Of a DNA stretch of 64,000 bases, positions 13,990 to 29,835 are shown one piece after another. The stretch covers positions 52,948,001-53,012,000 of the forward strand of contig OX597824.1 in the NCBI GenBank assembly GCA_951406725.2. The letters are read 5' to 3'. The translations under genes and the position numbers were made by a program. Position 1 is the first letter of the stretch; every line of letters begins with the position of its first letter. The notes beneath the pieces are model-generated. The model saw only the letters and a program-made list of their open reading frames with translations, was not told the DNA's origin and did not search any database. This DNA is from Octopus vulgaris (Eukaryota).

Positions 13990-16900
13990 AAATTAATGGA
14001 GTTAAAAGCAGGTGTTATTCAAATCTGTTTACTTCCGACACATGTTTCGAAGAAAATATTGGTATTATTCATGAAATAATAAAATGATGTAAAACAATGC
14101 AATTTTCTCATCAGGGAAAGAACGAAACCAAGCACATTAGTAAGACACATTAGTAAAACATTAACAGAATGTGATGACTGCGTATATGATGAAGGGAACA
14201 GTAGCAAGTTTTTTTTTTAAAAACCGTTAATTGATATAATGTCTAAGGCAGTTTATAGAAAGAGGAGGAGAAAGAAGGAAATTAGCAGAAAACTAATAGT
14301 GGAGAGACATAGTGTACATTCGTTCTTCACTCGATTATTACTGTCTTTAATTTAACTCATGTACATTGTAGTTCTTCATCTCAGTTGTTCAAAAGAATTT
14401 CTAATCATTACTCAACATTTAGACATATCATTAAACGAAGCAATACTGAGCTTAATAAATTAATAGGGTATCTAAAGGATCGTAATAAACAATTTCATTT
14501 AGAATGGAGTATTCTGTCTAAATCATTTCCGTATGATAAAGGTAAATATTTCTGTCCGCTTTGTAACGATGAAATATATTTCATCCTGAACTCAGAGAAT
14601 CCTCTTGTAAACACGTTTAAAGAACGCGTTTATCGTTGCAAACATTGGCAAAAACATATCTTTAGTTCTTATAAATGGTTTCTACCATTCTATAAAATTT
14701 GACCTTTAACACTCTTCTTACATTCCAATTCCACTAAATATATCTATTTTCAAGCCTTTAAGCTTTATTCCTATTCACTTATATTCTCTCCACTACATAT
14801 ATAAAAAAGACGGCGGAACCGAAAGTAATTTTACATTGATAAACATAGTTTATAGTCTTAGAATTACTGCTAAGGAAACGAATGCGATTGGAATCCACAT
14901 CAGAAATACTGACACCGCTATTATTATTATGTAAAGAATGGTTAGTGTTGATAATATCAATGTTACTATTTTTATTAAGTGGATTTGCATTTAACAACTT
15001 ATTATTATGCGAAGAGATGATTTGTGAAAGATTTTTAGTATTAGAAAACCCTATCCTGATTCGGTGTGAATTAATAACCGAATAGCAGCGTGAATCTTTG
15101 GGGCAATTCCTTTCTATAGCTTCGTGAAACTTGTATGGAATTATCAATCAAATGGTTTTGCTAGGACATACCCTGTTATTAGGATAACTAAGGCACAGTT
15201 GTAAAATTCAGCTTTATTGTTGAAGATATCAATATTAGCAGATAATCTAGAATGTCTAAGTGAAATATTCCTAACTAAATTCTTTGTAATAGCCTTAGAG
15301 TGAAAGAGCTAATATATTTTAAATTAGTTGAGGGTTTATAGTATGGGAAATATGAATCATTATGTAAGTTAAGGGTAATATCCAAAAAGTTGGCTTTAGT
15401 TATATCATCGTCAAAAACAATGCTTAAGCTCATGTTTCGGAAAAATTTAACCAAGCTATTCTAAACCCTTTGTAATTTTTGGTTAGAAGCATTTTGAAGA
15501 TAGACAGTTATCTATCTACTAATAGCGGAGAGCTATGGAGCGATAAGTGACTAGGAATAAAGCTTAAAGGCTTGGAAGTAGATATATTTAAGGGAAATGT
15601 AAGAAGACAGTTAAAAGTCGAATTTTATAGAATGGTAGAAATCACTTATAGGAACTAAAGGTATGTTTTTGCCAATGTTTGCAACGATAAACGCGTTCTT
15701 TAAACGTGTTTATAAGAGGATAACCTGCTAATAACATAGTTACCACATATGGAGTATATTTGATATAAACGCATCTCTTAAGGATATACCTATTCCTCAA
15801 GGAAGGTTTTTCTTAAGCAACTCATTAGTAAGAAAAACTCCTTTATTAACCGTATTAGATGGCTTGCTTTTTCTTCGACAATGAAGACATTAAACGGCCC
15901 TCTAGAGTAGACAGTTATCACGATATAGACCTCCATTGATGTTTGGGAATTGGTCGGCCATCTCATAAAGGATATATATTTGTGATTTGTGCTGAATCAG
16001 AACTTCCCATCGTGGCATCAAAACTGTCGGACCCAAAGCTTGTTATCAAATTTAATAATAGATTTTCAGGTGGCTAACACGACATTAATTTCATCTCTGG
16101 TGAGACCTGCTTTGTTGTGTGCGAGCCAGAGTGCCTTGTTGAGTACGATTGGGTTCATAGAGGAATAGAAACTAGAAATATCAAACTGGATAAACTTAGT
16201 GCATTTCTTGTTATTAATGGAATTAAACCAATCGACCACTTGGAACGAATAAGACCATAAATTAAGCTTTAATTTTTCTAACTAAGGTAGGAATATATTT
16301 ATCTAGAATATTTTTGCTAAGTACATCGACATCAGAGCCAGAAGGAAAAATAAGTCGTAAGGTGGGACTATTAAAAAAAGGTTGTTTGGGATCAGGGGAT
16401 TCTGTCTTCATCTGTATGTCATATTTCTCCTTAATTCTCTTAGCCCCAAGGTTGTTTTATCTGATTGCATTTTTAGCGGTAATCCTATAATTCTTTTGAA
16501 TTTCTTTTCTAAGCGATTCTAGTCTGTATAGGTTTCCTGTTTTATCCGATTGAACCAGTATCCCATCCATGTTATGAATTTCTTTGGTGATATTGTGAAG
16601 ATACCTCAGATGTTTATTTCTGAAGGTTGAATGGTGGAATTTCACATTCTTCACGATAGACCGAAGATCGTCTTCAAACTGTTTCAATCTGTTAAAATTC
16701 AGAAGTTAGATCGTTAGAGGGCCGTTTAATGTCTTCATTGTCGAAGAAAAAGGCAAGCCATCTAATACGGTTAATAAAGGAGTTTTTCTTACTAATGAGT
16801 TGCTTAAGAAAAACCTTCCTTGAGGAATAGGTATATCCTTAAGAGATGCGTTTATATCAAATATACTCCATATGTGGTAACTATGTTATTAGCAGGTTAT

Positions 16901-17390
16901 CCTCTTATAAACACGTTTAAAGAACGCGTTTATCGTTGCAAACATTGGCAAAAACATACCTTTAGTTCCTATAAGTGATTTCTACCATTCTATAAAATTC
17001 GACTTTTAACTGTCTTCTTACATTTCCCTTCCACTAAATATATCTACTTCCAAGCATTTAAGCTTTATTCCTAGTCACTTATCGCTCCATAGCTCTCCGC
17101 TATTAGTTTTCTGCTAATTCCTTTCTCCTCCTCTTTGACGTTATATCTATTAACGGTGTTTTTTTTTTTTAAATTGCTAGCATTCACTTCATCATATACG
17201 CAGTCATCACATTCTTTTAAAATGTCTTACTGATGTGTTTGGTTTCTTTCTTTCCCTGATGAGGAGATTGATTTGTTTTTACATCATTTTATTCCTTCTG
17301 GAATAATACCAATGTTTTCTTTGAAACCTATGTCGGAAGTAAAAAGATTTGAATAACACCTGCGTTTAACTCCATTAATTTATTTATCTA
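13990..17390 (-). mobile_element. Rearranged Penelope-like element with an inverted pseudo-LTR and internal inversions
   Basis: Minus-strand N-terminus (SLKDIPIPQG...FINRIRWLAFFFDN) and RT (FIQFDISSFYSS; ANFLDITLNL), with GIY-YIG split between strands. 14000-14310 and 17090-17390 are inverted copies, each with an HHR. Confidence 0.88.
14033..14118 (-). ncRNA. Hammerhead ribozyme with extended stem II (PLE terminus)
   Basis: uucc(c)-CUGAUGA-GAAAAU...AUUUUC-uuc-GAAAC-AUGU-GUC-ggaa on the minus strand; paralogous copy on the plus strand at ~17252-17339. Confidence 0.65.
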
Positions 17391-17847
17391 TGTGATACAA
17401 ACACATTTCACTATAACCTGGAATTTCTACCTTTATAAGTAGGCTGTTACATCCATGGTACTTGTGTGAACTTTTGCTTCCCTGGTAACTATTTATTTAT
17501 TTTTCCGTTTTATTTGTAAACATTGAAAAAATACACATACATTTATATATATTAAATGAATTAATTAAATCCGTACACGTGTTCATTGTAGTTTGCCTTT
17601 CTTGAACTGTTTCCATTTCATTTATTATACCTGTCTAACGTCTCATGTCCGACTTGAGCAATTCTATGCAATCTGTTTTGTTAAAAGAATATGACTATAT
17701 AATGCATGCATGCACACATACACACACACATACATACATACATACATACATACATACATACATACATACATACATACATACATACATACATACATAAGCA
17801 CATTTATATCATGAACTAACTGTTACTTTCTCAGATGCAGCACGAAG

Positions 17848-17985
17848 TTTTGTCAGTGAACAGGTCGCGGTTTCAAAATTACGAAAATATTTTGACAGAA
17901 ATCAAATATAAATGCTGAAGTAAACCTAACGGTTTTGTGTGTTCTTAAATGGCTTATAAACATCTTCGACGCTCCAATTGTGTAT
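17848..17985 (+). mobile_element. Short PLE-terminus-like fragment with a variant (G3-C8) hammerhead
   Basis: uuuuguca-GUGAACA-gGU...AC-GAAAAUAUUU-ugacagaa; 8-bp stem I. Confidence 0.45.
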
Positions 17986-17990
17986 ATATA

Positions 17991-18036
<46 letters not shown>

Positions 18037-19420
18037 GGATAGAAAAGCGACAGAGAGGGAATCCGAGACAGACAAAGAGAAAGCCAAAGTCGATTGCCCG
18101 GGAGAATTAGAAGCAAACGAAATAAAAGTCTGAGATGAAAATAGAGAGAGCAACTACAGTCGTCCAAATTATTTGTTCAATCCATCTATTCTATACATTC
18201 ACAAACACACACACATACTCACACTCACATATATCACACACACACACACACATTCATGCACACACACTCACAGATACACACGTAGTTATTTATATATAAA
18301 TAGATAGATAAACAAGACAAATACTGCAAATTAGATCGATAAATAATATGCTAGATATTTAGGCAGACAGACAGATAGACATCCGCCATCCAGGCAGACA
18401 TACAAATAGTAAACTAACCAGTGAGCTTGTGTAAATGGGTTATAACGATGTACAAATGAGAACATGTTTATAAATGTATAACTGCAACACTATTACACAG
18501 ACACGTGTCTATACATCTACTAAGGTGTATGCACACACACACATACAAACACACATTCACACACATCTATATATGTTGAGTGTATGTAAATGTGTATGGT
18601 GGTATATTATATATATAATACACACACACACACATATATATATAAATGTGTGTATGTATAATATGCACACACGCACATACACTCATGTATGCCCAACATA
18701 AATAATAGACACAGTCGCATGGATACATGAAATCTGTCGTAATAATGAAGTGAACGGCAGAGAGTGAGAAACACAAAAATGTGTCCATACTAAATAGACG
18801 TATGTCCCAAAATAACTAAAACGTAACGTGGTATTTGAATTTAGGCCTTGCTACTGCATGTCTTTTCCGTCTCTTTTCTCTAACTGAACTACAGAAGAAT
18901 CAGAGAGACAACGTAAAAAAAAAAGGTGAAGATGAGATATATTCTGAGGTTGACAGAGATATATAGTGTTGTTAAACAAGAAGTTAGGAAGTGACAGAGA
19001 TGAAGAGATGATTCGATAGTAAGATGTAGCCACTGAGTAACATGGTCGAGGATAAAGAGGAAAACCAATATGGAAGTTTGTACTGCGAGAAAGAAATGAA
19101 TAGAAACACATAAACCAGTGATAAAGGCAGAGTAATAACTCACTGGAAATTGCAGATACACTGGTTGGAGAGGGAAAATACATTGAGAGCGTGAATAAAT
19201 GTAAAGACAGTGAGATAGAGTGACGCTAGATAGAAAAAAAATCAAGGGGAAACGCAAAAAATACCTAAAACGTTGAAACATACACACACTCTATTTCTCT
19301 CTCTCTTTCTTTCTTTCTCTCTCTCTCTCTCTCTCGCTCGCTCGCTCACACATAGATACATACATACATACATACAAACATACATACATACATACATACA
19401 TACATACATACATACATACA

Positions 19421-19452
<32 letters not shown>

Positions 19453-20226
19453 CTCAGATAGAAAGGCAGGGAAATACAGGCATAAAAATAGCGAGATAAG
19501 GGGATTTAGAGAGTTTTAGGCAGAACTTGAAAATATGAAGAAAGAAAGACTAAAATGGCAGATAATCAGGGAGCTAGTGAAAAAATATACACCTGCATGA
19601 CCACAGTTTCACTGGATAGAGCAACTAATAGAATCAAAGTCTAAGTAAATAATCGTAGAGGTAAAGTAATAAACAAGAAAATTCAGAGAGAAGACTGAGT
19701 CTAACAAATCGAAATTGATAGAGAAAGGGAAGAGGTAGGGTAGAGCAAGGAAAAGAAAGGCAGATGTAGATAACGAAAACCATGAAAATACAGTGAGACA
19801 GAAAGATACTAGAATACTATAGAAATAAAACTAGGCAGACAAAGCAAGAGACAGATAGAACCGGAGTAAATAAGACAGAAAGAAAAAAAGACACAAAGGG
19901 ATGTCCACGTGATCGATGAATATCCTGTTCATCGGTGTTCAATAGCAAAGCATTGATTATTTGGGGCAAAAGTTAATTTAGCACCGTTGATGCTGACTTC
20001 TTTTAATCCTTAAGAACCATTGTCTGAATTCCTTCATAAACAGTTTTGATGTCTTCACCGTTGTCATTGGCACTTCTATTGTATCAAAGACAAAGTTGAA
20101 ACGAACCATATACTCACACACTCACTTGATGTATACGTGTGTACATCTAAGTTTGTGTGCGTATGTATATAAATCGAACAGACACTATTCTATGTGATTA
20201 TGGGTATCGATGTGTGCTTACGAAGG

Positions 20227-20275
<49 letters not shown>

Positions 20276-21089
20276 GCATGTATATATGTATGAATGTGCG
20301 TGGGTATATATATATATATATATATATATACACTAGCATGCATACATACATGCATACATACATACATACATACATACATACGTACGTACATACATACATA
20401 CATACATACATACATACATACATACATACATACATACATACATACATACATACATACATACATACATACGTAAGTACACCAGCCTGAGATCGTTCTTTCA
20501 AACAGAATTTCCAAAGTTTGAGGGGACAAAGAAAGATGCTTAAGCTAAGGGATTTTGTTTCTTCTTTCATTCAATGTTCTCTCTTTTCTTTTTGTTTTGT
20601 AATGTTGTTGCCAATATTGGCTCCAGAATTAATCAATAAGTCTTGGATACAGACATCAATTTCAATCTCAGTTCATGACAAAAACTATGTTGGTTTGTTT
20701 GTATTTTGTCCTTAATTTTGTTCTTTTTTATGTAATTTTGCTTTGTTCCCAGTTTTTTTTAATCACATATTTGTATGTGTTTCATGTTGACATTGGTTTA
20801 TTACTACATAGCGTTCTCATTTCATTTCGTAGTAACAAGCCGTAGTTGGTATTGTGAAGGTAATGATATTACGAATATAGAAATAGGTAGATAGATAGAC
20901 AGACAGACAGACGGACGGATACAGATACATAGGAGTTATAGATAAATATATATATGCATATATATATATATATATATATAAGTAGTTGAATGAATTATCT
21001 TATTATGGATAATTCGGTTAACCGATACCTGGGTAGCAAATTCACGTCAGAAAAACACGGTTGAAGCTACATGCCAAGGGCACAGATCA

Positions 21090-23929
21090 CGTGTTTTCGT
21101 GTGGAAATTTGTGTTTTTTTTTAATACAAATAAATGAAAGAATGGAGTTGAACGACGAATTAACAAAATTCCTTTATTCTCGACATATGTTTCGAAGGTT
21201 GCATATTCCTAATTTCGAAAGAATAAGGGTTGCATTATGCTGCCTTCTCATCAGGAAAAACAAGGAACTTGTGTCAGCATCAAGATGAACAAAAACTTTT
21301 AGATGACTGCCCACACGGTGCCCATAGCGATAATGAGTGTTTCTTTAAAATATTCCGTTATAAGCAGTGACGTCAAAAATGGTTGAATGTAGAAGATTCT
21401 AGAAGGTTCAAGGGTTCAAACAAGGTTGGAGGAGAGAGGTCTAAGAATAGGAAGGTGACAGGGTGCAAGTCATATGAATGGTGATTTGTTGTTGTTTTCT
21501 TTTGTGATTGAGTGCCTATGTGTGTGTATGTATATAACTGCATTCATGTCTATGTGTGTGTATGTGTGTGCGTGATTGTGTGTGCGGTTGGGTAGATGCC
21601 AAAAACAAACAGTGGTGAAGTGACAGGTTTGTGTCTGTGTGTTTGATTGTGCTTACGATAGAGAGGGGGAAAGAGAGAGGAGGCGAGGTAGAGAGACAAA
21701 GGTAAAACATACCTCAATGAATTGGGTAGTAGTCCTTTATGAGTATAAAAATTTGACTATGGGGTGATGTATAAATGGAACCAAATTATTAAAATTCAAG
21801 GAGGTTATCTATATTAATCATCATTCATATGAGTGAAAGGTGTGTTTCTGCCAGTGCATGCACCTGTAGGATTTTTCGACCATTGTATTTATTAAAGGGA
21901 ATTTGGCGAACAATATATGGAAAAGTTCAGAATTACAGACGCCACAAAATTTTCTGCCCTTATCAAACGGAAAGGATACAGACAATATGGACCATTCTAG
22001 CTTGAAAGTTGTATTGCTGTCCTTAAGACGCCAAACTAATTTACTTAGTCCTGTGCTTTGTTGTTTTCTTTTATCTCGGAAAGTTGAATAATGATTGGAG
22101 ATCCTCTGGGCTAATTTAGAAGTAGTTGCCCCAATGTAGAAGAAGACATCGGTACCGGAAGAAATTTTACACTGGTAAATGGAATTTCTAATTTTGGAAT
22201 TGCTGGATATGAACTTTAATCTGTTAGGGTTTACCTCCGAGACTAAGACGGAGTTTTTATTGTTATGATTGCTGTTAATAATATTGCTAGCATTGACCAC
22301 AATACTATTCCTATTATTATCATTACTATTAATTGTACTATCGTCGGCAATTTCCCTGACTATAGGAATGTTGGGGTTGTTATCATCAATACTACCACTG
22401 TTATTAGAAATGCTGTCGTTAATACCACTAACACAACCACTGTTAATAATCCGACTAATATTATTATTAATAATATTACTATTGTTAATGCCAACGCTGC
22501 TATGAATGTTGTTATTATCAATACTATTTCTATTATTATTATTATTGTAAGTTTGGTTGGAATTGGTAAGGGCAGTGTCGTAACTCCCAGGTGATGAATC
22601 CTTATTTAGCAGCTTGTTATTATGGGAGGCAATGATCTGCGATAGATTTCTAGTGTTGGAGAATGCAATCCTTACCTTATGCGAATTGATAGTAGAGTAA
22701 TACCTAGAATTCCTGGGAAAGTTCCTAGCTACGGCTTCACGGAACTGTAAAGGGAGGTTTGACCTGATTTGTTTCCCGAAAGGTATGACAAACCAGATAT
22801 AGTTTTTTGTGGATTTAGAATAGTTCAGAGTGTTACCATTTACATTAAAGGGAGTATTTCTGTGCTGGAGAATTGGTGTTGGTTGCCGATTGCCTCCCCT
22901 GGTCCGTAAATTATTTTTGTTAAGTACAGTGGTGTCGACGTTGTTAGAGCTGAAATCATTATTTACATTATTTCTATTGTTATTAGTTTTCTTATCCTGA
23001 GAAGTATATATTGGTTTAGAATGGGCCGTCGAAAACTATGCTCAAGCCCATTCTGCCAAAAAATCTAGCTAATCTGCTTTTAGTCTTCTGTATCATATTG
23101 TTCGGAGCATTCTGTAGGTAAAGTAGACAATCGTCTCGATACAGACCGCCGCAGATGTCCGGGAATTGGTCGGCCAATTCATAGAGAATATAGATTCCGA
23201 CCAAATCGGCTATCTGGGCGCTATCTGTACTTCCCATTAGCACTTCGAACGCGTTGGGGGTATCCCTGCGGACCCATAACTTATCATCGAACTGTATGAA
23301 AGATTTTCTAGCCGCTAAAATTACATTAATTTCCTCCCTGGAGAGGCCTGCCTTATTATGTGCGTGCCATAGGGCCTTATTGAGTACACTAGGGTTGATC
23401 GAAGGGTAGAAACTAGATATATCGAATTGAATGAATTTTGTGTTGTCCTTATTAGTAATAGAAGTAAACCACTCTACGAGTTGAGTGGAGTTAGACCATA
23501 GGCTGAGTTTTAACTTATTGATTAATATAGGTATGTATTTATCTAAGATGTACTTACTAAGGGTACCGATGTCGGAACTAGAGGGGCATATGAGCCTTAA
23601 TGCCGGGTTGGTATGAAAGTTTAGTTTATGGTCCTTAACGATGAATCTTGGTTGTCTGGGGTTCAGCGGCTGTGTTTTCATTTGTAATCCATACGTTTCC
23701 ATGATTTTCTTAATTTCTAAGTTGGCTTGTCTGAGTGTATTCCTATTTGTTGTTCTGTAATTCTTATGTATTTCTGTAATTCTTTGAGCATTTCTAAATA
23801 CTGGTTCTTTGCTAGCTTATATGTGTTCCTGGTTTTATCCGATTGGACCAGGATAGCGTCTAAACCGTTTATATCTTTGGTGACTTTATCGAGATATTTA
23901 AGGTGTTTATTCCGAAGGGGCGATTTACG

Positions 23930-23930
<1 letters not shown>
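21090..23930 (-). mobile_element. 5'-truncated Penelope-like element (same family as 14-17 kb), abutting (TA)n
   Basis: RT ORF 23016-23702 ([32 protein letters not shown]) and GIY-YIG ORF 21821-22300 (IYQC...FYIGAT...QRISNH...CGVC), with an Asn-rich linker and HHR at 21176-21260. Confidence 0.93.
21176..21260 (-). ncRNA. Type-I hammerhead ribozyme with canonical core
   Basis: uuuuc-CUGAUGA-GAAGG...CCUUC-GAAAC-AUAU-GUC-gagaa; palindromic stem III ACAUAUGU, GUC triplet. Confidence 0.85.
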
Positions 23931-23971
<41 letters not shown>

Positions 23972-24653
23972 TATTATAAAAGGCAGATTTTGTCTGCCTC
24001 CCTTTGTCTCTTATAGAAATCTACAATATAAGGATTTCTTCAATTACAATTTACCTAGCATTTTTAAGAGTAGAATACATCGGGTCGTGCCAGGTCCAGT
24101 TTTTAAATTTTCAACCCCAATTAAGCAAAATTTCGAGAAAACTCACATTGTGGTGTGTAAGTGAAGTGCTTTTCTTAGTGTGGGCTACAGCACACACACA
24201 CACACACAAAAACGGAGCGATCTGCTTCACTCACGCTATCACCCCAATTTCTCCTCCTTTCTCTTTGCAAGTGTGCAACGATTAAAGTGAAAGTATTTAT
24301 ATAAAACGGATCACTCATGCTATCAACATAATTTCTCATACTTTCTCTTTGCAAGTGTACCTTAAACCACTACTAAAAAAAAACACAGCAAACAGAAACA
24401 AATAAATACATAACGATTTACTCCTCACACAATTTCTTCAATTAGAGTTTACCTATGATTTTTCAAAGTACTTCCATTCGGTCATAACATACAAAAGTTC
24501 TTTCAATTTCACCCCCATTTCAGAAAAAATTCGAGAAAACTACCATTTCACTTCAAAGCCTTTATTCTGCATATTACTCCCACTTCCTCTTTACACACAT
24601 AGACACGCAAATATATAAATAAAATTGTAAGCTAACGTGTGTGTGTGTGTGTG

Positions 24654-24698
<45 letters not shown>

Positions 24699-24911
24699 GT
24701 GTGTGTGTGTGTGTGTGTGTTAGAGTGAGTGTGTGACAGGGATGAGCCAGTCAGACTGGTCATCCTTTTTGCTACACCACTGGTTTTCAGTTCATATTCA
24801 TCAGATTAATATTCACAACAAGAAGGACTATTCAACAAACATTTGCCATTTCACACATGTATGTAAACAAATTCCTTTCTTAAAAATTTCAATTCATTTT
24901 ATTTTTCAATT

Positions 24912-25761
24912 CATACAAAGTTTTTTAGGACGAATATAAGATCTAAAGTATATCCAAGTAGCAGAAACATCGCCCAAAAGTGTATATAGATATTTAAATG
25001 TATTTATATATTCAACTATACACAGATGTATGTATAATGTGTGTGTATATATTTCCATAGACGTAACCATTCACTCCATACAAAGTTTTTTAGGACGAAT
25101 ATAAGATCTAAAGTATATCCAAGTAGCGGAAACATCGCTCAAAAGTGTATATAGATATTTAAATGTATTTATATATTCAACTATACACAGATGTATGTAT
25201 AATGTGTGTGTATATATTTCCATAGAGGTAACCATTCACTCCATACAAAGTTTTTTAGGACGAATATAAGATTTAAAGTATATCCAAGTAGCAGAAACAT
25301 CGCCCAAAAGTGTATATAGATATTTAAATGTATTTATATATTCATCTATACACAGATGTATGTATAATGTGTGTGTATATATTTCCATAGACGTAACCAT
25401 TCACTCCGCACAAAGTTTTTTAGGACGAAAATAAGATCTAAAGTTATCTCTAAGTAGCAGAAAGATCGCCCAAAAGTGTATATAGATATATAAATGTATT
25501 TATATATTCATCTATGCACACATGTATGTATAATATGTGTATATATTTCCATAGAGGTAACCATTCACTCCATACAAAGTGTTTTAGGACGAAAATAAGA
25601 TCTAAAGTTATCTCTAAGAAAAAGAAAGATCGCCCAAAAGTGTATATAGATATTTAAATGTATTTATATATGCATCTATACACACATGTATGTATAATGT
25701 GCGTGTATATATTTCCATAGAGGTAACCATTCAATCCATACAAAGTTTTTTAGGTCGAAAA
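24912..25761. repeat. ~165-bp minisatellite, ~5 copies, inside the Helitron
   Basis: catacaaagttttttaggacga recurs at 24912, 25077, 25242, 25407, ~25571 and ~25737. Confidence 0.95.
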
Positions 25762-26009
25762 TCTTTATATATAAAAGAAAGGTTGTGTGTCTGTCTACTC
25801 CGATTTAGATTCCTAACTACTCCCACATTTTGCGATGCAGTTTAACCAAAACCGGGTATCTTATAGTCGTGATTCATATCGAGCCCTTCTGGGTATTAGC
25901 GCGCGTCTACGATGAGTCTACGGTTTTACAAATAATTTACCATCATTTTTTTCCATTTTAATGCATATTTTTTTAATAAAGGGAAGTAACTCTCAAACTT
26001 CACACCAAT

Positions 26010-26531
26010 ATGCGTGCTCATATGCAACGTAATATCACATCAGCAGCATTTCCTCACACCCTCCTTGCACTTGGCGAAGGCAAAATACCAGGGGATGAAA
26101 CTGGTAATATTGCCATCGATTCCATTTGTACCTTTGTTAAGACGCCTTCTGATCTCAGAGATGCAGTGTTCCAAGATCTACAAGCTAATTATCAGAATAT
26201 GGATTGGATTGGCCAAAGGGCTCTTCTGGCCCCGAGGAATAAAACTGTTCACCATATTAATGATGAAATGCTAAAACTCATTCCTGGGGAAGTCTATGTA
26301 TATCAGTCTATCGATACAACTCCTGACCCAGAGGACGTCATCAACTATCCAATAGAGGTACTCAATTCCTTTGAGCACCCCGGACTACCACCACACTTTC
26401 TCAAACTTAAAGTTGGTGCCCCTATAATGCTCATCAGATATTTGGTTCCCCCAAAACAATGCAATGGCACACGTTTGATCGTTAAGTCCTTATCTCCCAC
26501 CGTAAACTTATATCAATATTTGCCTGAATAA
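26010..26531 (+). pseudogene. Helitron Pif1-like helicase fragment
   Basis: RALLAPRNKTVHHIN, YPIEVLNSFEHPGLPPHFLKLKVGAPIMLIR and CNGTRLIV are Pif1-family 2B-domain motifs. Confidence 0.92.
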
Positions 26532-26607
26532 TCATCATAATTCAGTGCAATCATTAACAGTACTTTCAAGCAATTCAGCCCCGAGCAACGCCGGGCAATT
26601 CTGCTAG

Positions 26608-26654
<47 letters not shown>

Positions 26655-26774
26655 GAGGGCATTATTACACATAAATGCATCACGCTAAGAGGGACATCAG
26701 TCATTTCTACCAAAACATTTTACTAATCATACCCAATGCAATTTTTCAAAGCAAGACATTTAAAAAATGAATTT

Positions 26775-26839
26775 AGTCTTATATCACCTGTGATTTCGCA
26801 CTTACCGCAGAATTTGCGACCATGCTCATCAGTAAGACT
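26775..26839 (-). ncRNA. Type-I hammerhead ribozyme, minus strand
   Basis: AGUCUUA-CUGAUGA-GCAU-gg-UCGCA-aauuc-UGCGG-uaa-GUGC-GAAAUCAC-ag-GUGAUA-UAAGACU; perfect 7-bp stem I, AUA triplet. Confidence 0.88.
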
Positions 26840-27281
26840 GATTCTGAACATATAAATAAACGACCAGTACCGTCAAAGTCGATTATTTTCGAAATTTTTT
26901 TCTTATGAGGTTTTTCACGCTATCTACCTGATAATTTCTTGTTAAGATTCCTTATTAAGAAGTTATCCTTAATTGTTAAATTTATTCCGAAAAAACTTTT
27001 CCTATCCGAAATGCAATTCGAAAAAGCCCGCCATTTACCGGATATATGATTTGTAAACTTCTCCATGTGCTTCGTTGGAATAGAGCAGTTAGCTCTATTG
27101 AATTTTTTGCTACCCTAATATTGATTTATTGATAATTTTATGATTAATTCCGAAATGGAATCGGCAGCTTATATTTGCTGCCGACAAAATGGCGCGAGTA
27201 CGATCATTTTGAAACTTTTAGGTCAGATATTGCCGAGGCATTAAGGTAGCTGCCTCGTGTAATTTCTATCCCTCCTGGCTC

Positions 27282-27382
27282 CTTTACTGATGAATTGCGT
27301 TGGCCTTTGGAAGATTGACTTGATTTAATTTAATCAGGCTGGTTTACCATTAAAAAACGCTGAAACAATGCATTGTCTAAAG
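27282..27382 (+). ncRNA. Type-I hammerhead ribozyme, plus strand
   Basis: CUUUA-CUGAUGA-auu-GCGUU...AACGC-u-GAAAC-AAUGCAUU-GUC-UAAAG; palindromic stem III, GUC triplet. Confidence 0.82.
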
Positions 27383-27600
27383 ATGAACAGGGTAAATGTT
27401 TTTTAATTTTTCCTCTGTTTCCGGAATTACTACTATTTGCGGTTGAAGACCTGGCTGCTTCTTCTAGTAGGTCGAACGGCCTATTATGGCCGTTCCTCAA
27501 TTTGTTGCTGAACTTATTAATAGTCTCTGACTATTTCCTTTTTCTCACTAGACCGCTGGTGGCAAAATAATATCTATTGAATTTTTTGCTACACTAATAT

Positions 27601-27761
<161 letters not shown>

Positions 27762-27847
27762 TATATATATATAATATATATATATATATAATATATATAT
27801 ATATATAATATATATATATATAATATATATATATATTATATATATAT

Positions 27848-28663
<816 letters not shown>

Positions 28664-28743
28664 ATATATATAATATATATATATATATATAATATATATA
28701 TAATATATATAATATATATATAATATATATATATAATATATAT

Positions 28744-28965
<222 letters not shown>

Positions 28966-29007
28966 ATAATATATAAAAAAATATAAATATAAAAAAATAA
29001 AAAATAA

Positions 29008-29822
<815 letters not shown>

Positions 29823-29835
<13 letters not shown>

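Larger units (their letters stand above)
23969..26607 (+). mobile_element. Composite non-autonomous Helitron
   Basis: 5' TC (tcttattataaaag), 3' hairpin gccccgagcaacgccgggc followed by CTAG, inserted at A|T. A second Helitron 5' end lies at 25762. Confidence 0.85.

Noticed and set aside
19900-20090. Possible LINE (RTE-like) peptide remnant on the minus strand (DIKTVYEGI)
   Set aside because: Too short and degenerate to assign.
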